Below are positions 13,036-25,526 of a stretch of DNA of 64,000 bases, piece by piece. The position numbers and the translations under genes are program-made. Below the pieces are notes generated by a model. The model saw only the letters and a program-made list of their open reading frames with translations, was not told the origin of the DNA and did not search any database. Positions within the stretch are counted from its first letter, which is position 1. Every line of letters starts with the position of its first letter. This DNA comes from Squalus acanthias (Eukaryota): positions 16,742,001 through 16,806,000 of the forward strand of contig CM059432.1 of NCBI GenBank assembly GCA_030390025.1, in the 5' to 3' direction.

Positions 13036-14079
13036 AGATCTGTGGACCATTTTGAATATCCAAGAGTAAGAGCTGAATTTGAGGAAGGCTTTACCAAGTT
13101 TCATATTATCAATAGAATTAGCAAAGTGTCACTTGTTACTTTTCTTCCTGAACAGGAAGCTGAAGTTAAATGTTTGGCAAAAACAGTGCAAGTTGTGTAT
13201 TGTCTATTGTTGCTGTTCATCTTTTATTTTTGATAAATGTTTATAGCCTAAACCACAGTCTAATAGTATTTATCGTGCTTTTTCCAAGTCTAGCAGACGT
13301 AGACCAAATACAATAGCAAATGTTTCTGCTCGCCTCTTAAGCAACTCTATATTGTGCATGTAAAGTCACATTCCAGTTCACAAGGAGCAAGGTCTCGCTA
13401 ACAGGAGCAGTCTTCAGCATAAGGCACAAGAGAACTATCGAACTAAAATCTGATAACCAGCAGTCTACAAGGGGTTAATCTGCTGCTTTCAGAATGCTGC
13501 TTTCTTGATGAAACAGATGAGCCTTTGCTTATTTGTGGGCACACAATGTGCAGTCTTGAAATAAGATGGTGGAAAACATGACCCTCGAATCCCCCTGACC
13601 CCCTCCCCCTCCCCCTCCTCTGGGGTAAAGCAATTTCTTTGAAGTAGTCAAGTAAATAAAATGCTAACAGCTTTAACAGCATTTAACTTTGCATAAATAT
13701 ATAAATAAAATACTTTAAGATTATCATACAAACTAGAGATATTGCATCAATATGCAGAAGTAATTTTTCTCTTAAATTTAATTCATCTCTGCAAATAAAT
13801 ACAACATTCATTCACATCCTGGAATACTGCACTATGCTGATTTCTACAGAACGACTGGCATAGCCATATTCCTAACCTTTTCATGCTGCATGGAAACTGC
13901 AGAATAGCATCCACATAAGATGAATCAGTAGGCACACAATCTGCTGAATAATTACATTTTACCCTTCATCCCTGAAAATACTCCTGTGAAGCGCCTTGGA
14001 CGTTGCACTGCCTTAAAGGTGCTATATAAATACAAGTAGTTGTTGTTGTAGCATTTAATTAGACATATCCTGTCATCCT

Positions 14080-14290
14080 ATCCTGGAACTCACTGCTTGA
14101 AAGGGTGGTAGAGGCATAAACCCTCTTCACATTTAAAAAGTACTTGGATATGCACTTGAATTGCCATAACCTACAGCGCTACGGACCAAGAGCTGGAAAG
14201 TGGGATTAAGCTGGATAGCTCTTTTTCGTCCGGCGCAGGCACAATGGGCCAAATGGCCTCCTCCTGTGCTGTAAATTTCTATGATTCTAT
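14080..14290 (+). mobile_element. CR1 3' end fragment
   Basis: tggaactcactgc...gggccaaatggcctcct...ctatgattctat tail. Confidence 0.8.
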
Positions 14291-14597
14291 TTAACAGGTT
14301 CTAATGAGGAGTTAATCTGAAAAAAAAGTTTTACGATTCTAGCAAATCAGTCAGTAAATCCATCACCTCCAAAGTTTGCATAGTGTTTGAGAAATAGTTA
14401 CACACACCAATATAAGCCAGACTGAATAATTTAAGCATAAACTAAAAACAGACACAATTGATGCCTTCTAGAAAAAATCTTTGAAATGTGAATTATTCAG
14501 AACACCTCCATACATACACACAATTATCATTTGTACATTTTCCACGTGCTGTTGTAGTATACTAGGATGCAGTAGGTGGATAATATAAGGCATTAAA

Positions 14598-14808
14598 TTA
14601 CATAGAATATACAGCACAGAAGCAGGTCATTTGGCCCAACTAGTCTGTGCTGGTGTTTATACCCCACATGAGTCTCCGCCCATTCCAACTACTTCATTTC
14701 AGCCTTTCAGCGTATCTTTCTATTCGCTTTTCCCTCATGTATTTGTCTAGTTCCTTTTGAAAGCAGAGCTATTTGCCTCAACCACTTCCTGTGGTAGCGA
14801 GTTCCACA
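14598..14808 (-). mobile_element. CR1 3' end fragment
   Basis: Reverse of the 3'UTR seen at 8850-9060 and 31680-31835. Confidence 0.75.
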
Positions 14809-15374
14809 CACAATTATACACACAATGCTTGATTATAATTTTTTTAAATAAATTTATACTGAAAATGTATCTTTTTCTTTGCACTTGTATTGGACAGTTT
14901 CCAAAAATATATATGCATTCAAAACAATTCGAAAATTTATTATTCCAGACAATGGAGAAGTTTGCAAGCCATTTGCTTTGCGCCGATCTTGAACTCCCAT
15001 GACTGCACCCATGGCTCCAAGTGGTGCAGTTTGGCTGAACCTTGCTTGCTGCTCAAAAGACCCTGTGGTACCAATTTCTTTACTTGGTGTCTGAATTTAA
15101 TCCAGTCACGCTTCAGTTGAAGCCTTCCAAGTTATGATCTTGTGACTGAAGTTACCTGCACAGTACCAGCTGAGAGCTCCACTCATTATGTAGTAAGATA
15201 ATCTTCAGACATTAGAAAATGTAATTGTTGATGCATTTCCCCACAAAATAAAAGTAAGATGCTTGAGACTTTCAAATACAAGGACTTTCAGAAAACTTAA
15301 AGCTCTTGACAATGTTCCTTATTCACAAGAAAAATTGCTTATAAGAAAATTAAGAAATGAACATCACTAAAAAA

Positions 15375-15550
15375 AGAGATAATCTGGTCATTATCACACT
15401 GCTGTCTGTGGGAGCTTGCTATGCGTAAATTGGCTGCCACGTTTCCTACATTACAAAAGTGACTACACTTCAAAAAGTTCTTAATTGGCTGTAAAGCACT
15501 TTGGGACATCCGGTGGTTGTGAAAGGCACGATATAAATGCAAGTCTTTTC
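15375..15550 (+). mobile_element. Deu-type SINE 3' part
   Basis: tgtgggagcttgct...aaattggctgcc...ctacattac...tataaatgcaagt, shared with 42450-42598. Confidence 0.7.
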
Positions 15551-15834
15551 TAACCTGTTCAAGTCTTCGTAGACATACAGACTCACTTCCCCACTTAACT
15601 TAAGCCATCTCTAAAGCTGGGCATACAATACCAGAGGCTAGACAGGCAGTAAACAGAATACCAGACAGCAGGAGAAATGGGAAAGACTCCGATACACTGG
15701 AGATATGGTGTAGAAATAGAGACAGAAATTGACAGGAAGGCAGCTGTTTAACTTTTTGTTAGCATATCAAAATCGTTCAAAAAATGTAAACCATGTGGAT
15801 ATTGGAGTTACCTGACTGTTTCATGCAGTCTGGA

Positions 15835-16355
15835 ATCATTGAATGATACAACACAGAAGGAGGCCATTCGGCCCATTGTGCCTGTGCCGGCTCTTTGAAA
15901 GAGCTATCCAATTAGTTCAACCTCACAGCCTAGCAAATTTTTCTTTTTCAAGTATTTATCCAATTCCCTTTTTACCAGTTATTATTGAATCTGCTTCTAC
16001 TACCTTTTCAGGCAGTGCATTCCAGACAATAACAACTTGCTGCATACTTTCCCCCCCCCCTTGTATTGCCTCTGGTTCTTTTGTCAATTACCTTAAACAT
16101 GTAGTAGCTCCTTCAAGAACAGCACAGGCAGAACTCTGGAAGCAAGTTGCCTGATGTTAAAACAATGGTCAAAGGGACCAAGAATGGCCTGATAACTAGA
16201 GAGACAAAAGGTAACTGCCTGACATTCTTTTAGTGCCTGAACATAGAGTCACAGAGTCATTATGGCACAGAAGGAGACCATTCGGCCCATCGAGTCCATG
16301 CCGGCTCTCTGTAGAGCAATCCAGTCAGTCCCATTCGCCCGCTCTATCCCTGTAG
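15835..16355 (-). mobile_element. Two short CR1 3'UTR fragments (about 15835-16100 and 16243-16355)
   Basis: acagaaggag(g/a)ccattcggccca CR1 3'UTR hairpin motif occurs twice. Confidence 0.7.
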
Positions 16356-17505
16356 AACAGTATGAGGGTAGTCAGAGGAGGCGAGAACCTTAATGAACTG
16401 TGGCTGAAACTCAGGATGAGCATAAGATAGTTGATAAACAATACCAAGTGATTACCTCCCCCTCACTACACAGCAATAATCCAACTACAACTAACACCTT
16501 CAACATAAACGAGGTAGAAATGAAAACAAATAAATACTGAGGAATGGATGGCATTTATTCCAGAGTACTAAGAAAGACAAGGGAAGAGATTTATGAGGCA
16601 TTAATTTGTTAAGAGGGGATTTCCAGCAATTGGAAATAGGCTAATGTTGTGTCCATTTTTAAAAAGCCTAACAAATAAGCCATATAACCTATTCAGAAAA
16701 ATACACTATCTTATGAAAGAATTCTGGCCTTATTAAAACATGACAAACTGGGTTTGGGAATTTAGAAACCTAACTATGAAATAGCTATGAAAGAATTCTG
16801 GCTATTGAGATAAGACAGTTGTTGACCCTGAATAAATAACCTTATTGAAACAGAAGGTGCATGGCTCCGACAGGCTGAACTTTGGGAACAAAAATAATGG
16901 TTCACCCTGGATAAGGTGTTCTAATTTAAACTTCGTAAAGCTGGCACATAAGATAAGGAACTCTGCCCTCGTAAAGATGACATAAAATAGGGAACACCTG
17001 CCTTCACACCATTCTAGATGGTCAACCCAGAACACCTGGAGATGAGACAAGATTCTGGAATATTACAAGCTGATGTAGCAGTAAGAATTGCAGAGGTCGG
17101 CAGAAAGATGAATAGGGATAATTAACTTGCATCAGCAGAAAACCTAACAGGAAATACAACTGAAAAGGGTATAAATATTGAAGTCTCAAATGGAATATCA
17201 GATTCGCTTTAATCGGGCAAAGCGATTCTCGACCACAGAGGCGGCTCTGTGGTCTCCAACTCTTTGTACCTCGGGGATCGAAGGTATTTGATATTGATGG
17301 ATATCCTGTATAGAAAATTTTAAGAACTGTAATACTGTAGCGAAGTTAAGATTTAAAAGTAAGATTTTCTGTTAATAAGATCATCGTAATTTTTCTCTTT
17401 TTAGAACGGTTAACGTTGCGATTGACTTATTCACCAACTGTAAATTGCACGTCGGTTCTTTTAATAAATCTCCATATATTTTTAGAATTGTCTCACATAA
17501 GTCTT

Positions 17506-18913
17506 CATAGAATCATAGAAAGTTACAGCACGGAAGGAGGCCATTTCAGCCCATCGTGTCCGCACCGGCCAACAAAGAGCTCTCCAGCCTAATCCCACTT
17601 CCCAACTCTTGGTCCGTAGCCCTGCAGGTTAGAGCATCCCAAGTGCACATCCAAGTACTTTTTAAATGTGGTTAGGGTTCCTGCCTCTACCACCCTTTCA
17701 GGCAGTGAGTTCCAGACCCCCACAACCCTCTGGGTGAAGAAATTTCCCCTCAAATCGCCTCTAAACCTTCCACCAATTACTTTAAATCTGTGCCCCCTGG
17801 TTTTTGACCCTTCTGCCAAGGGAAATAGGTCCTTTCTATCCACTTTATCTATGCCCCTCATAATTTTATACACCTCAATAAGGTCTCCCCTCAGCCTCCT
17901 CTGTTCCAAGGAAAACAGACCCAGCCTATCCAGTCTTTCCTCATAGCTAAGATTCTTTACTCCTGGCAACATCCTTGTAAATCTCCTCTGTACCCTCTAG
18001 TGCAATCACATCTTTCCTGTAATGTGGTGACCAGAACTGCGTGCAGTACTCTAGCTGAGGCCTAACTAGTGTTTTATACAGTTGAAGCATAACCCCCCTG
18101 CTCTTATATTCTATGCCACGGCTAATAAAGGCAAGCATTCTGTAAGGGTAATTAACAAGTAAACACTACCGATTGACCAAACAATAAAGAACTTTAGAGG
18201 TTAACGATGGTGATGTGATAAAATGTGAAAAACAAGTCAAAACCTAATTATATACGTGCAAAAGAATAGTCACCGAACAAATGATTAAATCACAAGGGAA
18301 CTAAGGAGCGCAACTCATGGATAGAGACCCTAACATGGGCAATGTGATAGCATTAACAAATAGTGTGACTAGCACGTGATATTTTGTAATAGCTTGCATA
18401 AGCAATAACAAATGTATAGAAGTAAATGAAATGAGAGAGATCGGCGAAGTCCCACTTGAAGCTGTCAAGTGAGAGTCTTCCCCTGCATATGCTTGAATAA
18501 AGATCGTTGTGAACCAATCTACCATCGTCTGTCTTGACTGAGAGGGGGGAAATCGGAGTCCCCTCTAACACATTCCGTATGCCTTCTTAACCACCTTATC
18601 TACCTGGCCTGCTACCTTCAGGGATCTGTGGACATACACTCCAAGGTCCCTTTGTTCCTCTATATTACTCAGTGTCCTACCATTTAATGTGTATTCCCTT
18701 TCCTTGTTAGCCCTCCCCAAATGCATTACCTCACACTTCTCTGGATTGAATTCCATTTGCCACTGTTCTGCCCACCTGACCAATTTATTGATATCTTCCT
18801 GCAGTCTACAGCTTCCTTCTTCAGTATCAACCACACAGCCGATTTTAGTATCATCTGCAAACTTCTTAATCATATCCCCTATATTCAAGTCAAGATCGTT
18901 GATATATACCACA
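17506..18913 (-). mobile_element. CR1 LINE 3' part inserted into LTR A copy 1
   Basis: YINDLD...KFADDTKI and LVRPQLEYC motifs; flanking aagtctt at 17499-17505 and 18914-18920. Confidence 0.92.
18141..18570 (+). mobile_element. Solo LTR, family B (430 bp)
   Basis: TGTAAGGG...CCCTCTAACA termini; exact 5-bp TSD cattc (18136-18140, 18571-18575); AATAAA near 18496; cleanly splits CR1 coding sequence. Confidence 0.88.
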
Positions 18914-19321
18914 AAGTCTTTTGTATCAATAACTCGCGAACTCAATCTCTGTACACTCTTTGGTGAAGAGTTACATTTCTGGGGGAGATCTCCGGACCCT
19001 CACAATATCCAGGACGTTACAGTCTAGCTAAACTTATTAAAAGCGCTATCTGGAGGACGGTAACATTCTCCGTTGTTCCTTTGCTTTAGGGAGAGATAGC
19101 CCGGACCTTTAGACCCAATTAAGCGTCATTAGGATACGGCTACCTCAAACTTTGGTTGAAAGTGAACGTCTGAGAAATACGCCTGACCCGGGGTAGCCCT
19201 AAAGGGGCTAGGACTAGTAAAAATCCCTTCAGGACGCTCAGATGACTACAGAGCCATTAGTTTTAACCCAATAGCAGGTAAAATAATGGAATCAGTTCTC
19301 AGGGGTAAACTTGAGGATAAC

Positions 19322-21968
19322 TTTTTTTTATTTGTTCCTGGGATGTGAGCGTCGCTGGCAAGGCCAGTATTTATTGCCCATCCCTAATTGCCCTCGAAAA
19401 GGAGGTGGTGAGCCGCCTTCTTGAACTCTGCAGTCCTTGTGGTGAAGGTACGCCCACAGTGCTGTTAGGGAGGAGTTCCAGGATTTTGACCCAGCGACGA
19501 TGAAGGAACAGCGATATATTTCCAAGTCAGGATGATGTGTAACTTGGAGGGGAACTTGCAGGTGATGGTGTTCCCATGCGTCTACTGCCCTTGTCCTTCT
19601 AGGTGGTAGAGGTCGCGGGTTTGAGAAATGCTGCCGAAGAAGCCTTGGCGAGTTGCTGCAGTGCATCTTGTAGATGGTACACACTACAGCCATAATGCGC
19701 CGGTGGTGGAGGGAGTGAATGTTTAAGGTGGTGGATGGGGTGCCAATCAAGCAGGCTGCTGTGTCCTGGATGGTGTCGAGCTTCTTGAGTGTTGTTGGAG
19801 CTGCACTCATCCAGGCAAGTGGAGAGTATTCCATCACACTCCTTACTTGTGCCTTGTGGAAAGGCTTTGGGTAGTGAGGAGGCGAAACACTTGGTGCAGA
19901 ATACCCAGCCTCTGACCTGCTCTTGCAGCCACAGTATTTACTTGGCTGGTCCAGTTAAGTTTCTGGTCAATGGTGACCCCCCCGCCGCCCCCAGGATGTT
20001 GATGGTGGGGAATTCCACGTTGAATGTCAAGTGGCGGTGGTTAGACTCTCGCTTGTTGGAGATCGTCATTGCCTGGCACTTGTGTGACGTGAATGTTACT
20101 TGCCACCTATCAGCCCGAGCCTGAATGTCATTCAGGTCTTGCTGCATTTGGGCATGGACTACTTCATTATCTGAGGAGTTGCGAATGGAACTGAACACTG
20201 TGCAATCATCAGCGAACATCCCCATTTCCGACCTTATAATGGAGGGAAGGTCATTGATGAAGCAGCTGAAGATGGCTGGGCCTAGGACACTGCCCTGAGG
20301 AATTCCTGCAGCAATGTCCTTGGGCTGAGATGATTGTCCTCCAACAACTACAACCATTTTCCTTTGTGCTAGGTATGACTCTAGCCAGTGGAGAGTTTTC
20401 CCCAATTCCCAGTGACTTCAGTTTTACTAGGGCTCCTTGATGCCACTCTCAGTCAAATACTACCTTGATGTCAAGGGCAGTCACTCTCACCTCACCTCTG
20501 GAATTCAGCTCTTTTGTCCATGTTTGGACCAAGGCTGTATTGAGGTCTGGAGCCGAGTGGTGCTGGTGGAACCCAAACTGAGCATCAGGGAGCAGGTTAT
20601 TGGTGAGTAAGTGCCTCTTGATAACACTATCGACGACACCTTCCATCACTTTTCTGATAATTGAGAGTGGACTGATCGGGCGGTAATTGGCCGGATTGGA
20701 TTTGTTCTGCTTTTTGTGGACAGGACATATCTGGGCAGTTTTTCACAATGTTGGGTAGATGCCAGTGTTGTAGCTGTACTGGAGCAGCTTGGCTAGAGGC
20801 GCGGCTAGTTCTGGAGCCCAAGTCTTCAGCATGACAGCCGGGAGGTTGTCAGTGCCCATTGCGCTCAGGCCGTTTCTTGATATCATATTTAGGTACGCCT
20901 GGTGCTGCTCCTGGCATGCTCTTCTGCACTCCTCATTGAACCAGGGTTGGTCCCTTGGCTTGATGGTAATGGTAGAGTGAGGGATATGCCGGTCCATGAG
21001 GTTACAGATTGTGGTGAAATACAATTTGCTGATGGCTCACAGCGCCTCACGGATATCCAGTTTGAGTTGCTAGATCTGTTCTGAATCCATCACATTCAGC
21101 ACGTTTGTAGTGCCACACAACACGATGGACGGTGTCCTCAGTGTGAAGACGGGACTTCATCTCCACAAGGACTGTGTGATGGTCACTGCTACCAATGCTG
21201 TCAAGGACAGATGCATCTGCGACAGGTAGATTGGTGAGGACGATGTCAAGTAGGTTTTTCCCTCGTGTTGGTTCTCATCACCTGCCACAGTCCTAGTCTG
21301 GCAGCTATGTCCTTCAGGTCTCAGCCAGCTCAGTCAGTAGTGGTGCTACCGAGCCACTCTTGGTAATGGACTTTGAAGTTCTCCACCTAGAGTACATTCT
21401 ATGCCCTTGCTACCCTCAGTGCTTCTTCCAAGTGATGTTCAACATGGAGGAGTACTGATTCATCAGCTGAGGGAGGGCAGGTAGGTGGTAATCAGCAGGA
21501 GGTTTGCTTGACCTGAAGCCATGAGACTTCATGGGGTCCGGAGTCAATGTTGAGGACTCCCAGGGCCTCTCCCTTCCAACTGTATACCACTGTGCCGCCA
21601 CCTCTGTTGGGTCTGTCCTGCCAGTGGGACAGGACATACCCAGGGATGGTGATGGAGGAATCTGGGACATTGGCTGAAAGGTATGATTCTGTGAGTATGA
21701 CTATGTCAGGCTGCTGCTTGACTAGTCTGTGGGACAGCTCTCCAATTTTGGCACAAGTCCCCAGATGTTAGTGAGGAGGACTTTGCATGGTCGACTGGGC
21801 TGGGTGTGTCGCTGTCGTGTCTGATGCCGGCCGAGGTCGATGCCGGTTGGTCCATCAGTTTTTTTAATTCTTATTGTTTTTCGTAGCAGTTAAGTACAAC
21901 TGAGTGGCTTGCTAGGCAATTTCAGAGGGCAGTTAAGAGTCAACCACATTGCTGTGGGTCTGGAGTCA
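19322..21968 (-). mobile_element. Second CR1-group LINE family, EN plus RT with internal deletions
   Basis: GIPQGSVLGPAIFSCFINDLPS...MFADDCTVF and LLPDAQFGF motifs; distinct 3' end also seen at 32950-33270. Confidence 0.88.
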
Positions 21969-21980
21969 TAACCAACTAAA

Positions 21981-22270
21981 CAACAACAAGTATTTATATA
22001 GCGCCTTTAACGTAGTAAAACATCTCAAGGCGCTGCACAGGAGTATTTTATGACAAAAAATGACACCGATCCACATCAGGATAAATTAGGGCAGGTGACC
22101 AAAAGCTTGATCAAAGAGGTAGGTTTTAAGGAGCGTCTTAAAGGAGGAAAGAGAGGTAGCGAGGCGGACTGGTTTAGGCAGGGAATTCCAGAGCTTAGTG
22201 CCTAGGCAACAGAAAGCACGGCCACCAAAGGTTGAGCGATTATAATCAGGGATCCTCAAGAGGGCAGACT
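21981..22270 (-). mobile_element. L2 LINE 3' end
   Basis: GGRAFCCLGTKLWNSLP motif and gcgctatataaatac..gttgttg tail. Confidence 0.85.
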
Positions 22271-22819
22271 CTTGATAAACAACAGCGAACAAGGCTTTTA
22301 AGATCCTCCCTGGCTATATTGAGTAAGTAACATCCCAAAAGGATTATGGAATGCCTTACAACATGGCACACGTAGACTTCCAAAAAGCTGTTGAGAAAGT
22401 TAGATAAACCTGCTTCAAGATTAGCTTAGAGCAGTGGTAATTCTAAATACTTTGGAATGAATAAGAAATTGGCTGAAGGGTAGGAAGCGGTGGGCACTTG
22501 TTACAGGATTATGTTTGGTGGGAGAACAGTGCTGAGTGGTGTGCCCCAAGGGGATCTCTATTGTTTCTAATTTATACTAACAACTTGGATCTAGAAGCTA
22601 AATGCAAACTGGTCAAATTCACAGATAATGTCAAATTTGCAAAGCATGAAGGCAGCTCAGAAATAACAAAAATGAGTTAGCCAAAAATGCACAGGAGCAG
22701 AACAGTAGCCAAATAAACTTTCATAAGATGAAAGTACTGTTTTCTACAAATGGTGTTGAAATAGTTGTGACATTAAGGAGTGCAAAAGGTATCAGTAGAC
22801 TCAATGCTCAAAGAAAGTG

Positions 22820-23322
22820 CTTCATAGCCAATGACATACTTTTAAAGTGCAATCACTGATGTAGACAAATGTGACAGCGAACATTCCCAAGGTGCGCGGG
22901 CGCACGTCGATCGGGAGATCCCGCGCAGGCCGCTCATCAGCTGTTGCTGCTGGAAAAGATAGTGCTTGAAGGGACCACGCACGGAAAAAAAAATTAAAGG
23001 GAACATTGGCGACAGCCAGGTCCCACCTACAGCCATAAGATAAATGACCATAAAATCTGTTTTAGTGAATTTGTTTGAGGGATAAATGTTGGCTATAAAA
23101 ATCAGAATAATCCTCCTGCTCTTCTTCAAATAGTGCAATGGATTTGGGGGCAGAGGGGCCTTGTTTAGCAGCTCATCCAAAAGACAACATCTCAGTAATG
23201 CAGTCCAGTATTGCACTGAAGTATTAGCCTAGATTATGTGCTCAAAACTCTGGAATGGGCTTGAAATCCCAACATTCTGACTCAGATCTGAGATTGATAG
23301 CACTGAGATAAAGCTGACACCT
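22820..23322 (-). mobile_element. tRNA-derived Deu-type SINE containing a hAT-type MITE
   Basis: Reverse complement aligns with the SINE at 42162-42598. Confidence 0.7.
22879..23008. mobile_element. Short GC-rich hAT-type MITE
   Basis: Right TIR ttaaagggaacattg; 8-bp TSD-like gtgacagc (22871-22878) and gcgacagc (23009-23016); relative at 44975. Confidence 0.65.
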
Positions 23323-23382
23323 TAACATGTCAAATCACTCCAAGCAATCAATAAAGCAAACAGAATTCTAGACTACAATAGC

Positions 23383-23588
23383 AAAATACTGCAGATGCTG
23401 GAAATCTGAAAACAACAACAGAAAGTGCTGGGAACACTCAGCAGGTCAGGCAGCATTGAGGAGAGAGAAACAGAGTCAACGTTTCGGGTTGAACCCTTTG
23501 TCAGAACAGTTCAGACGAAGGGTTCGACCCGAAACGTTGACTCTGTTTCCCTCTCCTCGATGCTGCCTGACCTGCCGAGTGTTTTCAG
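23383..23588. mobile_element. Palindromic Penelope-terminus-like element with degenerate hammerhead-like cores
   Basis: 80-bp inverted arms centred on 23508; arm consensus CTGACGAAGGGTTCGACCCGAAACGTT; about 21-bp flanking duplication. Confidence 0.7.
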
Positions 23589-24054
23589 AATGCTAGACTA
23601 TATAGCTGGAACAATACAGTAAAGTTGGAGGAACACAACACACAAAGGAGACACTTAAGTCCTGCAGGCATTTAAGAGAAGAGCTACTAGCACAAGAGGG
23701 CTAAGTTCCGAGAGGCAGAGCAAGAAACTTGGCCTTTTCAACTGTGCAAGGATACAACGAAGAACTGACCTTAGAGGGAGAAGATTTACAGTATAGATAT
23801 GGTAGACCCTACTGCAAACTAAACCACAATAATAGGACAAGGAGACACAGGTTCAGAACTAGTAAAAAGCAAATTTAGGATGGTTGTCATCTTCTCACAA
23901 AGAATGATCAGCATGTGGAATGGACTTCCTGATAGGATAATGGGGGCAAAGACATTGAATCATTTAACAATAAATGCCATGTTAGGGGTGTTATGATTCA
24001 GACAATTTCCAGCTTCTTCTCATGTTTGCTGCTGCTGCTACTGCAACTAGAACA

Positions 24055-24280
24055 GTAGCAACATTTATGTAGCGCTTTTAATTTTCAAAATCATCCAAGG
24101 TCCTCCACAGAAGCAGAGCAAAACAAACACTGAGCCAAAAAAGGAAAGGTTGGGGGTTGACCAAAAGCTCAGTTAAAGGGGCAGTTTCAAGGAGGAGAGC
24201 AAGATGGAGGGGTGGAGAGATTTAAGGGAGGGAATTCCAGAAAGTAAAGCTGAAGACATGGCCAATGATGGGGTCCATTT
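24055..24280 (-). mobile_element. Degraded L2 3' end
   Basis: tgaccaaaagct and agggagggaattccag motifs shared with other L2 copies. Confidence 0.6.
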
Positions 24281-24374
24281 CCTCAGAACTGAGTGTTGTC
24301 CAGTTGAAATGAAGATGAAAGTCTTCACTATAAACCTTGTTTCAACAATGGTTTCTGACAGAGAACGGCATAAT

Positions 24375-25096
24375 GGGCCAAAAATTCATCCCGCGACGCG
24401 ACGCGTATTCTCTCTCCAATTGCCGGTTTTCTGCATGCCCTGCGCATGCGCTGAAAACCGGCAATTGGTCTTTTGAAAAGGGGGGCGGTTCCTCGGTGCA
24501 TCACGTGCGTGCTACAGGCTGCGCGCACGCTGTGCACTTCATGCTTTGGACGCACAGGTAAGTACGGAAGATTTTAGAAATGGAAAAAGGAGTAAGACCC
24601 ACTTTTAACAAGGTAAGTAGTGAATTAAGTATTTTTTTGAATTTTTTTTTAACAGGTATATCTTTTTTAGAGACTTTAAAGACAGGTAAGTTTATTTTTA
24701 TAACTTTTTAAAAGATTTTAAATTTTTTCAAAAATTTTATTTTTTATTTAAAATGGTTAATTTATTTAACTATACTTATTTTATTAATGTGATGGTTTTT
24801 TTTTTAATTTAATTGAGGTGTAGCTGTTATTTTGGGGGTGTGTAAGATTCATAGATTTCACAGCACGTATGTGAAACTTATGAATGGAAGATGGTGTGCT
24901 GCCATTGGCTCTAACTGAGTCACGTGATCCCACAGCTCGCACGAATTCACTACGCCGGTGGGATACGCAAGCACTGCCCAGCTGATGTCTGGAACATCAA
25001 GTTCGTGCGAGCTGGATCTGAAAAAGCACAAGCGGAGTGAGAGATCGCGGGGAAGCCTTACCCCCGCGGGAACAGAGCGAGATCAATTTCTGGGCC
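24375..25096 (+). mobile_element. Harbinger-like MITE (722 bp)
   Basis: Imperfect TIRs gggccaaaaattcatc and gatcaatttctgggcc; flanks aat and att; related to 45929-46440. Confidence 0.75.
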
Positions 25097-25526
25097 ATTG
25101 TAATCACCCTCTATGTATCTTTCTTCTCACCTCCCCTTTACTTTTCTTTCTGATTAGCTTTGTTACAGTGAATGTAATCCATCACGATTTAACCGGATCA
25201 CAACCTTTCATAATCTTGAAGCTCTCAATCAGGTTACCCAAACCCACTCTGCTCCAGGGAAAAACAGTCCACAAGTTCTAAAATCTCTTTTCATAACTTC
25301 AAAGCTATTTCCTAAAATAGTTTCATATTTAGGGTGCAAGGAATCGGGTATTTCAAGTATAAAATAGGCATTTAGTCATAGATCTTATTGAAAGTAATAA
25401 AACTATTCTATTGAATAAATATTATGTAAGAGATAGCATAGTTTGTTAAATAGAGTATTTTAGTTATGCAAAAAGACATAATTGCTACACTAACATAAAC
25501 CATGCAAATAATTCTAAAAAGATACT

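Larger units (their letters stand above)
16667..19231 (+). mobile_element. LTR family A, copy 1 (5' end eroded, interrupted by a CR1)
   Basis: Aligns with 50055-51508; TATAAA 17170, AATAAA 17463; ends CCCTTCA at 19231. Confidence 0.8.
16490..23990 (+). mobile_element. Ancient CR1 host split by at least 8 insertions
   Basis: Colinear CR1 ORF2 pieces at about 16490-16666 (ANVVSIFKK), 19232-19320 (AISFNPIAGKIMESV), 22275-22820, 23320-23382 and 23586-23990. Confidence 0.7.

Noticed and set aside
13443..13682. 79-aa minus-strand ORF as a PTK2 exon
   Set aside because: No similarity to FAK; the region may be conserved non-coding DNA but I cannot test that.
14890..15120. ORF after an acceptor-like ttattccag as a plus-strand exon
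   Set aside because: No recognisable protein similarity and no convincing donor.
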